Assembly: GCA_965250285.1 (NCBI GenBank) | Contig: OZ252299.1 | Location: 864,001 to 928,000 of the forward strand | Length of the DNA stretch: 64,000 bases | Direction: 5' to 3' | DNA from: Myxococcota bacterium | GTDB lineage: Bacteria; Myxococcota_A; UBA9160; UBA4427 | Part shown: positions 1 through 9,313 of the stretch, piece after piece | Numbering within the stretch: position 1 is the stretch's first letter | How the letters are laid out: each line of letters opens with the position of its first letter | Translations under genes and position numbers: made by a program | Notes under the pieces: generated by a model | The model's database searches: none | Told to the model about the DNA's origin: nothing | What the model saw: the letters and a program-made list of their open reading frames with translations, nothing else

Positions 1-363
1 CAATGTAGTGACGACTCCGCCACCTGAGTCGACGTAATCGGCGAGCGCATCACCGAAAGCCGTCATGTCGACTCCCGAGCCGTCGCCGATGACGAGCAGT
101 GCATCGTACTGCGCGAATTCGACCGCCGATGCCGGCGCCGAGCGAATGTCGACGAGATCGACGACGTCGAAGACGCCGCTCGCCTCCAACCCCGCGAAGA
201 TTTCGACCTCGATGAGATCGAAACCCGGGCCTGCGTACGTATTCACCAGTCCGACGCGTTGGGCGAAGGCAGCCGGAGCGAGGAGCATGACGACGAGCGA
301 CGCCGCGACGGCGACGACGAGGGTGGGTATCGATCGCAGAGAGAGATGGCGGTGAGCGCGCAT
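1..363 (-). CDS. Secreted protein, N-terminal part (runs off the window edge)
   Basis: Manual translation from ATG at 363: MRAHRHLSLRSIPTLVVAVAASLVVMLLAPAAFA|QRVGLVN...YDALLVIGDG...FGDALADYVDSGGGVV; signal peptide present, frame open to base 1; not in the ORF track. Confidence 0.7.
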   Translation of the reverse strand, partial: MRAHRHLSLRSIPTLVVAVAASLVVMLLAPAAFAQRVGLVNTYAGPGFDLIEVEIFAGLEASGVFDVVDLVDIRSAPASAVEFAQYDALLVIGDGSGVDMTAFGDALADYVDSGGGVVTTL

Positions 364-669
364 GGGCAACGTCCCGAGCGAGCGGCGCACCACGGCGCCA
401 CCACTGTGTGTCTCGTATTCTAGGTCGAGCGATCATCGATGCGGGGGCATAATCAGCGAGGGCACGCAGAGGTCACGTTTCTTCACCCGGGGCGACGACG
501 CGACTGTGCAGATTGAGGCGCGCATGCGGATTCGCGCGGTGCCCGCCGGGGCGATACGGCCATCGGGCGAGGCGCTTCCGAGTGTCGCCCGGGCGCGCCC
601 CCGAGGCGGCCGTGCGAAGGCGGCCCGCCCGTGTCATCGTCGATGCGGAGAGCGACCGCCGACCCTGAA

Positions 670-692
670 CCGGCCGGCCGGCCGGCCGGCCG
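670..692. repeat. (CCGG)n microsatellite between divergent genes
   Basis: ccggccggccggccggccggccg. Confidence 0.8.
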
Positions 693-756
693 GGCGGGCG
701 ACGGCTTTCGACCTTCAGCATGGCCCCCCGGCCGCCGCCCGGGCCGGAGAAACGCG

Positions 757-3435
757 ATGTTCCACTCGATCAGCAGGGAGAGCGGGGCAGCGCGCCGCGG
801 GCCCGAGGCGCGCGGTGCACGCCGATCCGCGCCGTTGATTCGACAGCTCCGCGCGCTCGCAGCATGCGCCGTCTCGTGGATGTGCGCCGCGCCCGGTTTC
901 GCGGACGTTGTGATCGACGGTCGACTCACGGGGACGCCGGACGCATCGCTCGTCGGTCCCGACTTCGAGATTCCCGCCGAGCTCGGCGTGCTCACCGGTG
1001 AGACACTGGTTCACGCGTTGCGCGAGCTTGGCATCGACGCGGGCGAAAGCGCGACGTTTCAGGCGCCGATCGACGGCGCACCCGTTTCGGATGTCGTCAC
1101 CACGGTGACGGGACCGCTCCCGTCGAACATCGACGGTCCGCTTCGGTCGCAGATGCCCGGGGCGCGCTTCTATCTTGTGAATCCGAATGGCATCGTTTTC
1201 GGTCCGGATGCCGAGCTGGACGTCGGCGGCGCCTTCATCGCAACGACTGCGGATTTTCTCGCCGACTCGGCCGGCACGATCCTGCTCTCGGGCGATCCGA
1301 GCGGTGCGGGCAGCTCACTGGCCATTGCGCACCCGAGCACCTTCGGCTTCTTCGGCGCGCCCGCGCCGATTCGTTCGCTCGGAGCCCAGCTCGAGGGGGC
1401 CGTCGAGGCGCCGCTGGCCTTCGTCGGCGGCGATATAGAGATCATCGGCGAGCGCGGTGACGGGCAGCCCGGGAGTATCTCGTCGCTGGGGGGAAGGATC
1501 GACCTCGCGAGTGTCCGGAGCGAGGGACGCGTCATTCGAGTGGGGGGTGAGAGCAGCGACCTCGTCGTCGAGGCGGATGCGCGCGGTCGCATCGAGATTC
1601 GCGACGCCACCGTCAGCTCATCGGGGATTCCGACCAGTGAGCGCTTCCTCGATTGTCTCGAGGGGTGTGAACAGGGGCGCGGTGCCGGAGACGTCTTCGT
1701 GCGTTCGGCCGATCTCGTGCTCGACGATGGCCGAATTCGCGCCGTGACGGTTTCGTTCAGCGACGCGGGCAACGTCGATATCGATCTCACACAGGATCTC
1801 GTTGCGACGGGTGTCGGATCCGCGATTCGAGCGGGCGGTGGGCTCATCGTCAGCGGGGATCTCGAGCTCAGCAGTGGCAACCGCGTCAGCGTCTTCGTTC
1901 CGATTCAGGGCGAGCCGCTCCCGAACTATCAGATCGTCATCGAGTCGGACGACCCCCGCGTCTTCGGGATCGACGAGAGCGGCCAGCCGGTGATCGAGCT
2001 CGAGGCGTGCGCCGTCGCCGAATGTCGCATCTCGTTCGTCGGATTCCGGCTCGGGGCCAACGTGCTGTCGCCTGGCGCCGCGGGCGAAGTGACCATCACT
2101 GCGCGAGACGTGCGCCTGCTCCAGGGCGCAGTCATCTCGGCGGAGAGCTATTTCGGCAGCCCTGCGGGCGCGATCTCGATCGTCGCAGACGGTGTGCTCC
2201 AGGTTGAGGGGCCGGTCGATGGATCCATCGTCGAAGGCGAGGAGGTGCGCGGCGGCGTCTTCAGCGGCGGTGGTCAGGAGAGCGCTGCCGGCGCGATCTC
2301 GATCGTGGCCAGCGAAGTCGACGTCGGTGCATTCGGTGGGCTGGTGACGGAATCGACTGATGCAACCGGCGGCGGGGGGAGCATCACCGTCCGCGCCGAT
2401 CGCGTTCGGCTTCGCGACAATGGGCGCATCGACACCAGCACCCGTGGCACCGATTCGGCGGGTCGCATCGACGTACGCGCCCGCGAACGGATCGATCTGG
2501 CGGGGTTCCTCGGTGACGACGAGTTCGCGGGCATCACCAGTTTGAGCCAGCCGGAGGCCACGGGTTCGGCGGGTGACATCCGTGTCGATGCGCCCATCAT
2601 CATGCTGTCGGACGGTGCAGCCATCTCTACACGCAGTCTGATCGGGCCGAACGGTGAAGCCGGCAATGCCGGCGACATCGACCTCCGCTTCTCCGACACG
2701 CTGGCCCTCGACTCGAGCGCGATCACGGCCACAGCCGACCAGGCCTTCGGAGGGAACATCTACATCAATGGCGGCCCGCTGACGATCGCCCCGGACGGTG
2801 GCCTCGAGGTCGAGAAGCCGGACGACCTCGAGAGTACGGGGCGTGTGCTCTACCTGCGCGGTAGTGAGATCTCGACCCGCGTCGGTGAAGGTGTGGGGGA
2901 GGGGGGCGATATCTCAATCGATCCCGAGGTCGTCGTACTGGACGACAGTCGGATCGTTGCAAACGCCGTGCAATCGAACGCCGGCAACATCAAGATCGTC
3001 GCAGGGCAGATCGTGGCTGATGCCGCGAGCGTAGTAGAGGCCTCATCGGTGCTCGCCGCCGATGGAATCGTCGAGATCGAGTCGGGTGCACGCATCATCG
3101 TGCAGCAGGTCGCCCCGCTGCCCGCTGCGTTTCTCGACCCGATCTCCCTGATGAGTGAGCGCTGCGCAGCCCGCCAAGGCGGCGAGCGCGTGGGCAGCTT
3201 CGTCGTGCGCCGGCGTGACGGTCTGCCACCCAGCCCCGACGAATATCTGTCTGCGCCGCTGCCGCTGGCAGCCTTCGACCAGAAGAGTAGGTTGCCCGCG
3301 CCAGAGACTCTTCGGCCGCGCGAAGCAGGCGCGGGACCCCGCGCGAGAGCAGCGAGCGGAGTGCGGTCGCATGTATCTTGTGGTCGCGGGACGTCATCCT
3401 GGAGCTCCGTCCAGGGACGATTCGATGCTCGGTAG
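757..3435 (+). CDS. Filamentous haemagglutinin-like two-partner-secretion (TpsA) exoprotein
   Basis: GGAGA RBS before ATG 757; signal peptide ending ..GFA; TPS motif YLVNPNGIVFGPDAELDVGGAFIATTAD; repeated G-x-AG-x-I-x-I beta-helix units; C-terminal C..R....SFVVRRRDGLPPSP tail typical of the family. Confidence 0.9.
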   Translation: MFHSISRESGAARRGPEARGARRSAPLIRQLRALAACAVSWMCAAPGFADVVIDGRLTGTPDASLVGPDFEIPAELGVLTGETLVHALRELGIDAGESATFQAPIDGAPVSDVVTTVTGPLPSNIDGPLRSQMPGARFYLVNPNGIVFGPDAELDVGGAFIATTADFLADSAGTILLSGDPSGAGSSLAIAHPSTFGFFGAPAPIRSLGAQLEGAVEAPLAFVGGDIEIIGERGDGQPGSISSLGGRIDLASVRSEGRVIRVGGESSDLVVEADARGRIEIRDATVSSSGIPTSERFLDCLEGCEQGRGAGDVFVRSADLVLDDGRIRAVTVSFSDAGNVDIDLTQDLVATGVGSAIRAGGGLIVSGDLELSSGNRVSVFVPIQGEPLPNYQIVIESDDPRVFGIDESGQPVIELEACAVAECRISFVGFRLGANVLSPGAAGEVTITARDVRLLQGAVISAESYFGSPAGAISIVADGVLQVEGPVDGSIVEGEEVRGGVFSGGGQESAAGAISIVASEVDVGAFGGLVTESTDATGGGGSITVRADRVRLRDNGRIDTSTRGTDSAGRIDVRARERIDLAGFLGDDEFAGITSLSQPEATGSAGDIRVDAPIIMLSDGAAISTRSLIGPNGEAGNAGDIDLRFSDTLALDSSAITATADQAFGGNIYINGGPLTIAPDGGLEVEKPDDLESTGRVLYLRGSEISTRVGEGVGEGGDISIDPEVVVLDDSRIVANAVQSNAGNIKIVAGQIVADAASVVEASSVLAADGIVEIESGARIIVQQVAPLPAAFLDPISLMSERCAARQGGERVGSFVVRRRDGLPPSPDEYLSAPLPLAAFDQKSRLPAPETLRPREAGAGPRARAASGVRSHVSCGRGTSSWSSVQGRFDAR

Positions 3436-3527
3436 ATCAAGCGCGACCGGCAGACGAAGCCAAGAAGAATAGAAGGCCACTCGAAGCGAAGCTAAACGCA
3501 GCGCAAGAGATCGAGAAAGAGGCATCG

Positions 3528-3968
3528 ATGGAACAGGCCCTTCGCGAGAAGGCAATCGGCATTCTGAACCAGATCGTGGCGTGCGAGCTCGCCGGGGTCG
3601 CCCTCTACACGCAGTCGGCGCTCATGGTGCGCGGCCCGCACCGGATGCCGCTGGTTGACTTCTTCAAGGCGCAGGCGACCGAGTCGCTCGCCCATGCCCA
3701 GGCCGCCGGTGAGATCATCACGGGTCTCGATGGGCACCCGAGCGTGCGGGCCGCGCCCGTCGAAGACAGCAACGACGACTCGGTGCAGGCCCTCGTCGAA
3801 GAGAGCTATCGCCATGAGATGCACGCGCTCGAGCTCTACAAGGAGCTGCTGGCCGTGGTCGCGGATCACAGCGTCTATCTCGAAGAGTATGCCCGCGGCA
3901 TGATCGGCCAGGAGGAGCTCCACACGATGGAGCTCCGCAAGATGCGCCTGCGCCTCGAAGAGCGCTGA
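3528..3968 (+). CDS. Ferritin-like / bacterioferritin-family protein
   Basis: CELAGVALY, ESLAHA..GEIITGLDGHP, HEMHALELY, QEELH four-helix diiron pattern. Confidence 0.85.
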   Translation: MEQALREKAIGILNQIVACELAGVALYTQSALMVRGPHRMPLVDFFKAQATESLAHAQAAGEIITGLDGHPSVRAAPVEDSNDDSVQALVEESYRHEMHALELYKELLAVVADHSVYLEEYARGMIGQEELHTMELRKMRLRLEER

Positions 3969-3982
3969 GACGACGCCGAGCG

Positions 3983-4282
3983 ATGTCCAAGCCGAAGCTC
4001 CTGGTCTGTCGCGGCAGCCACTGCCGCAAGCGGCTCGCAAAGCACCCTGGCATCGCGAAGGCGATCGAGGCGCTGCCGGTCGAGGTCGAGCGCGTCGGTT
4101 GCCAGAAGGTCTGCCGCGGGCCGGTGGTGGGGTACGCCGTCGAGGGCAAGTGGCAGTGGTTCGAGCGCGTCGACTCGAAGAAAGCGCTCCACGCGCTCGC
4201 CGATCTCGTGACCGACGACACGATCTCGAAGCCGCTGCGCAAGCGCCGGCAGGCGAAGCGAGCCGGTCGCGTGCGGGGCTGA
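3983..4282 (+). CDS. Thioredoxin-like (2Fe-2S) ferredoxin domain protein
   Basis: LLVCRGSHC...VGCQKVCRGPVV four-Cys pattern; 14 bp after the ferritin gene. Confidence 0.75.
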   Translation: MSKPKLLVCRGSHCRKRLAKHPGIAKAIEALPVEVERVGCQKVCRGPVVGYAVEGKWQWFERVDSKKALHALADLVTDDTISKPLRKRRQAKRAGRVRG

Positions 4283-4451
4283 CGATCGCGCCGAGGCAGA
4301 CGCGCGGCCGGTGTGGGCGAGTCGAAGGCCGCCGTCGCGATGGCAAGAAAGCGAGGCGTCCCGCCGCGCTCACCGAGAGATGGGCAAACGAGTCGAAGGC
4401 GAGCGCTTCATCATCCGGCGCTGGGCCGGTGCATGGAAGGCGAGTGGGCGA

Positions 4452-5153
4452 TCAGGCCGCGCGTGCGCGGCGGCGGAGCCCCGCGAGAGCCAGACCCATG
4501 CCCAGCAGCAGGGCCGATGAGGGCTCGGGCACCACCTGGTAGTTCCCTGTCAGCTGCACGGCGTACGTTTCGGCGTTGGCATCGCCCACCGAAATGAGCA
4601 GGTCGTCGGCGATCCCGACCGAGAAGCCGCACTGGCCGAAGCCACCCTGCGCGAGGCTGCAGGTCAAGTTCGTGGTGTTGACGACCTGATCGATCGGAGT
4701 CGGGCCCACCACGACCCCGCTGGCGCCGTCGAGCTGCGTGTAGGACCCGCTGATCGTCGCGGGCGCCACGCCGAGGCCGGTGATGCTGCTGAGGTCGTCG
4801 AGGGGGTCGAATGTGGGCAAGCCGGTGACGCTGATCGAGAGATTCGAGAAGGCGATCTCCTCGACGCCGTCGGGGCCAGCGCCGAACACGCTGAAGTCAT
4901 CCAGCAAGAGATTGACATCCATCGTGCCGCTGCCGCCGCCCAGCGCCGTGTACTCGAAGGCGCCGGTGGCGGGTACGGTGGAGCCCAGCGTGAAATCGGC
5001 TGAAGCTGAGCACGAGGGCTCGGAGGGAAGGCAGACGTTGCCCACCGTCAGCCCGAGGCCGATCACGGGCAGCGTGAGTGCCTGACTCGCGGACGGGCCG
5101 GCGAGCAGGACGGCAACGATCGCCAGAGTTCGAACCAGATTGACGCGCGCCAT
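4452..5153 (-). CDS. PEP-CTERM sorting-domain secreted protein
   Basis: Signal peptide MARVNLVRTLAIVAVLLAGPSASQA; C-terminus VVPEPSSALLLGMGLALAGLRRRARAA. Confidence 0.92.
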   Translation of the reverse strand: MARVNLVRTLAIVAVLLAGPSASQALTLPVIGLGLTVGNVCLPSEPSCSASADFTLGSTVPATGAFEYTALGGGSGTMDVNLLLDDFSVFGAGPDGVEEIAFSNLSISVTGLPTFDPLDDLSSITGLGVAPATISGSYTQLDGASGVVVGPTPIDQVVNTTNLTCSLAQGGFGQCGFSVGIADDLLISVGDANAETYAVQLTGNYQVVPEPSSALLLGMGLALAGLRRRARAA

Positions 5154-5197
5154 TCGTTTTTCTCCCTCACGTACCCACACTGCTGCAGCATCGATTG

Positions 5198-5230
5198 AGC
5201 GTCGCGTTCGACTGTTCGAGGCGCGACGCT
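5198..5230. other. Inverted repeat / hairpin between tandem PEP-CTERM genes
   Basis: agcgtcgcg ... cgcgacgct perfect 9-bp arms. Confidence 0.5.
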
Positions 5231-5358
5231 GCTTGCCGTGTCACTTCGGTTGCGACCGACTCCCGTCACAGGTCCCGTCAGGTCCCGTCGGGCTGCCCGC
5301 ACCCTCCTCGCCGCAGCGAGACGCGCTCTTCCACCCTAACACGTGCGCTGCGAGATTC

Positions 5359-6045
5359 TCAACGCGACGCACGTGACCTTCGACGGATCGTCATCAGCGC
5401 CATGCCAACCCCGACGAGCAGACCGGTGCTCGGTTCGGGAACGACGCCCGTGAACAAGATGTCCGCCTTCACGACCAGGTTGTCCGTCTCGCCGAAGGCC
5501 GCGGCCGGCAGCTGCGTCAGCGTCAGGCCCGTGAGCTCCAACGTGCCGAGGGTCGTATCCACTGTGCCGACCAGGAGGCTCGTGTCGGTGAACGGGACTG
5601 GAACGTCCATGACGGGGGGATTGGTGTTGGTCGAGTCGGATGCGCTGTACACGCCTTCGATGTCGATCGGCCCGGCGAGGAACGTATAGACGCCGCCGCC
5701 GAGGCTCTGATTGTTGATGTTGGTGTACCCGACGCCGGGCGCGAGGCTGGCCGACTCGATCACGACCTCGTCGTAGCCGCCGTAGTCCGTCGTCAGATTG
5801 AGCGTGGACGTCTGCGGGATCGTGATCGAGAAGTCCACGAGATCCCCGGCACCCAGCGGGTCGAAGTTGATGAACGCGCCGTCGAGCGGGATGACGGTGG
5901 CACCCAACACGGTGTCCGCACCGGCCGTCGCGGTGACCGTGGCTGTCCCGCCCGTAAAGAAGAAGGTGGTTGCGCTCGCTGTGCACGGCAGGACCGAGAG
6001 CGAGACGAAGCCCAACAAGGCGAGCAGAGACTTGGAACGGCTCAC
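5359..6045 (-). CDS. PEP-CTERM sorting-domain secreted protein
   Basis: Signal peptide VSRSKSLLALLGFVSLSVLPCTASA; C-terminus VVPEPSTGLLVGVGMALMTIRRRSR; alternative in-frame ATG at 6177 with a GAGGAG RBS. Confidence 0.9.
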   Translation of the reverse strand: MSRSKSLLALLGFVSLSVLPCTASATTFFFTGGTATVTATAGADTVLGATVIPLDGAFINFDPLGAGDLVDFSITIPQTSTLNLTTDYGGYDEVVIESASLAPGVGYTNINNQSLGGGVYTFLAGPIDIEGVYSASDSTNTNPPVMDVPVPFTDTSLLVGTVDTTLGTLELTGLTLTQLPAAAFGETDNLVVKADILFTGVVPEPSTGLLVGVGMALMTIRRRSRASR

Positions 6046-6381
6046 GCGCCGCCGGCCGCCGTCAGTGTTTTCGGATCGGGGCGGTTTTCGCCGAAAGGGC
6101 GACTTCGCGAAAGGACGGCCACCGTCCGCGAGCTTCTTGACTTTTGCAGCTTCTGCAGCTTCGACACACTCAGACATCCGCGCTTCTCCTCGTGCACGCT
6201 GCGCATGACCGAGCCGCATCGGCCATGAGCGCGCAGGTGCACAACCTGACGCAACAAAGCCGGCTCGTCCTCTCCTGGCGATCGGCCCTAGGGCCGCCCC
6301 GCGCTGGCAAGCGGACGGGGAAGAGAACAAACCGGCTACAAGCGGATGCTCGAAGCATCCCCTTCCCAATGACCACCTTAC

Positions 6382-6399
6382 TGCAACGCGCATGCCTGG
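6382..6399 (-). promoter_or_regulatory. Putative sigma-54 (-24/-12) promoter
   Basis: Minus strand CCAGGCATGCGCGTTGCA fits GG-N10-GC with TTGCA; flanked by an AT-rich tract at 6401-6440; points toward the PEP-CTERM pair. Confidence 0.55.
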
Positions 6400-6781
6400 T
6401 GTCGAAAAATCTTCCCCAAAAAATTGTGCTGCGAAATCACGGGTTTCTGCGGGCGTGTCCTCTTCGGGCCACAGCTCGTTGCGCCCGTGGGCGGAAGAAC
6501 GGAAGACCGCTTCCAGATTGGAGGCAAAACTCTTCCCATCTGGTCGGGCTCGGGGGCGTCCCTGCTCGGCCCCGGGTCCGAGCAGCGCGCGCCGCTCGCG
6601 CCGCCGAACGGTCGAGTGCGGCCAAGCGTTGGGGCCAAAAGGCCTCATCTCGCCTTCTGGGCGGCACCAAGGCGACGGGCCGCGCCAGGGCCGCTCGCTC
6701 GACGGTCGAACTCGAGCGCGAGAGCCCATTCCGGTGCGCACGGCGGCCATCCTTCCGCGATCGAAGCCCGGCGAGTGGGCC

Positions 6782-7873
6782 CTATCGATACGGCGCGTCG
6801 AAGACGGGGTCGTGTTCGTCCGTAATCGTCTGGGCGATTGCCTTGAGATCCGTGACGTAGCCGGGATCGTGGTCGAAAGCCGTCAGGTCAATGCCGTAGA
6901 TCGAGCGCAGCCAGACGAGCCGGCCGAGGTCGATCAGGATGTCGTCGGCGTGGCCCAGGGCGTCGCGGTAGATCGCCTCGCCCGGGTTGGCGAGCATCAC
7001 GTCGACATCGGGCAACTCACCCGCAGCCAAGAGCGACCGCAGCTCGACGGCGCTCTGGCCGTAGGGGATGCAGAAGATCTCGGTGCCGGGGTACTGATTT
7101 CGCAGGAGCGAGATGGCGGGCTGCAGCGTCCCCGTCAAGAACGCGTGCCAGTTGCTCTCGTACGTCGCCGCATCGGTCTGCTCGGGAAAGGGCTCCCAGG
7201 GCAGGGCGACGGCGAAGCGCGTGTCGGGATTCTGGGCGAGGGCGTAATCCATCCAGAGCCTGTAGCCGCGCAGGCCTGGGTAGTCGGGGTGATAGGTCAT
7301 GACGAAGAGCTCGATGTCGCCCTCGTCGAGGATCGCCTGAATCTGGGTCCGCTTCGATGCGTTGTTCCAGAGCGCTTCGGGTGCCCCACTCGAGCCGCCC
7401 GAGAAGACGATCGACTGGCTGTGATTGGGGATACCCGCCTCGGCCGCGTGGAAGGGCATGCCCTCGGCAAAGGGCCGAAAGAAGCTGTGGCCGATGAAGA
7501 GCGATCGGAAGCCGGTGCTCTCGAACTCGGGTCTGAGGTAGACGACGACATCGGGGTTCTCGATGATCGCCAGTGCGTCGGGATTGGTCTGGCCGGACGA
7601 GCTCTCGACTCGGCAGCCCCCCGTCGCGCCCCCGCAAAGATGGCCCGGCTGCTGCTTCCAACCCTTGAAGACGAACCCATCCGCTGGCTCGGCCTCGAAT
7701 GTCTCGTCAAAGTAGGCGTCCGACACGGTGACCGTACACGACTGGCCGACTTCGCAGGCGTACGCCCCCGACGTGGTGGTGACGCGCCCGCTCGACGGAA
7801 CGCTGATCTTGATGTCACACGCGCTCAGCGCGAAACAGGCGAGGAAGGCAAGGGCGAGTCGGGCCAGATTCAC
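6782..7873 (-). CDS. Lipoprotein with small N-terminal beta domain and SGNH-hydrolase-like domain
   Basis: Lipobox ..FALSA-C; FEAEPADGFVFKGW (InlB-B/divergent repeat-like); LFIGHSF and DALGH motifs. Confidence 0.7.
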   Translation of the reverse strand: MNLARLALAFLACFALSACDIKISVPSSGRVTTTSGAYACEVGQSCTVTVSDAYFDETFEAEPADGFVFKGWKQQPGHLCGGATGGCRVESSSGQTNPDALAIIENPDVVVYLRPEFESTGFRSLFIGHSFFRPFAEGMPFHAAEAGIPNHSQSIVFSGGSSGAPEALWNNASKRTQIQAILDEGDIELFVMTYHPDYPGLRGYRLWMDYALAQNPDTRFAVALPWEPFPEQTDAATYESNWHAFLTGTLQPAISLLRNQYPGTEIFCIPYGQSAVELRSLLAAGELPDVDVMLANPGEAIYRDALGHADDILIDLGRLVWLRSIYGIDLTAFDHDPGYVTDLKAIAQTITDEHDPVFDAPYR

Positions 7874-8177
7874 TGAGGGTCTCCAGGGTGAGCATCTTTC
7901 GACTTCGGCATCGATTCTGGGTAGGACGCGCGACGCTGTAAAGCGCTTTCTCCCGCCCGGAGGGTGCATCCCGGCTGGATCGATCGAGTGCGGCCGACCC
8001 TCTCGGTCGATGCCCCAGCCTGCGAAGATCGGGCGTGCACGCTCGTTGACTCCGCCGACCGCATTCGACTGCTGGGCACGAAGCGATTCGAGCGGTGCCT
8101 CGCCGCTCCAACGGTGCACGCCGCGATCGAGTCCGGCATGATTCGAGTTCGCCCGGTCAAGAGGAGATCGCCAACCG

Positions 8178-9269
8178 ATGGGCTCCCCCTACCGCGTCAT
8201 CCAGTGGGCGACCGGCTCGGTTGGCCGCGAATCTCTGCGTGCGATCCTCATCCATCCGCAGCTCGAGCTGGTGGGCGTCTTCGTGTACTCGCATGAGAAG
8301 CGCGGACTCGACGCCGGCGAGCTCTGCGGTGCGCCTCCCGTGGGCGTCGCGGCCACCGACGACTTCGAGACCATCCTCGCCTGCGACGCGGATTGCGTGA
8401 TGTACGCGCCGCGAGACGCGGACGTCGACGAAGTCTGCGCGCTGCTCCGCTCGGGCAAGAACGTCGTTGCCACGCCCTTCCTCTTTCACCGTAGGTCGAG
8501 CTACAACGACGACCGCGACAAGATCGAAGCGGCGTGTCTCGAGGGCCAGAGCTCGGTGCACGGTACGGGCATCCACCCCGGCTTCCTCGGCATGGTGTTG
8601 CCGGTCGCGCTCTCCGGCATGTCGCGAACGATCGACCACGTCCGCCTCGAAGAGCGCGCCGACTGGTCGTTCTATGACAGTCCGCGCATCACCTTCGACA
8701 ACATGCGGTTCGGCTCACCCCCCGATCAGGCCACGCTCGAAACCAACCCGTTCGCGCGCTTCACCGCCGACATCTTCGGGCAGCAGATCTGGATGTTGTC
8801 GGACGCGCTCGGGGCCGACATCGACGAGGTGCGCACCGATCACGAGCTCGCGACGGCGCCCGAGTCGAAGGATCTTCGGGCCGGTCGTCTCGAAGCGGGC
8901 ACGGTGTCGGGGCAACGCTTTCGGTGGACGGGGCTACGCGGCGGCGAAGGCCGCATCGAGATCGAGGTGCTCTGGACGGTGGGCAATTTCTATCCAGAGC
9001 ACTGGCCCACGCCGCGGGATGGCTGGACGATCTCGATCGAGGGGGATCCGTCGTTTCGCACGCACTTCCTCGCCCTGGCGAGCCTCGGTCGACGCAGCGT
9101 GACGATCGACGACCACGTGCAGGCGGCCGGCAGCACGACCACCGCGATGCAGCCGGTCAACTCGATCCCGGCTCTCTGTGAGGCCGAGCCGGGTTGGAGG
9201 ACGAGCGTCGATCTCGGCCTCGTCGGCGCCGGGATCGGGTTTCGACACGCACCGACCTGGAGTGCGTGA
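8178..9269 (+). CDS. Dihydrodipicolinate reductase-like / NAD(P)-dependent amine dehydrogenase family oxidoreductase
   Basis: YRVIQWATGSVG Rossmann start; LLRSGKNVV; HGTGIHPGF; VNSIPALCEAEPG. Confidence 0.88.
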   Translation: MGSPYRVIQWATGSVGRESLRAILIHPQLELVGVFVYSHEKRGLDAGELCGAPPVGVAATDDFETILACDADCVMYAPRDADVDEVCALLRSGKNVVATPFLFHRRSSYNDDRDKIEAACLEGQSSVHGTGIHPGFLGMVLPVALSGMSRTIDHVRLEERADWSFYDSPRITFDNMRFGSPPDQATLETNPFARFTADIFGQQIWMLSDALGADIDEVRTDHELATAPESKDLRAGRLEAGTVSGQRFRWTGLRGGEGRIEIEVLWTVGNFYPEHWPTPRDGWTISIEGDPSFRTHFLALASLGRRSVTIDDHVQAAGSTTTAMQPVNSIPALCEAEPGWRTSVDLGLVGAGIGFRHAPTWSA

Positions 9270-9313
9270 CGGCGCTCGGCATCGTCCTGCTGCCCCGGGC
9301 GTGCCGGCAAATC

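Noticed and set aside
6060..6135. c-di-GMP riboswitch suggested by a GAAA-containing hairpin
   Set aside because: The GAAA loop is on the non-coding strand and the other conserved elements were not found
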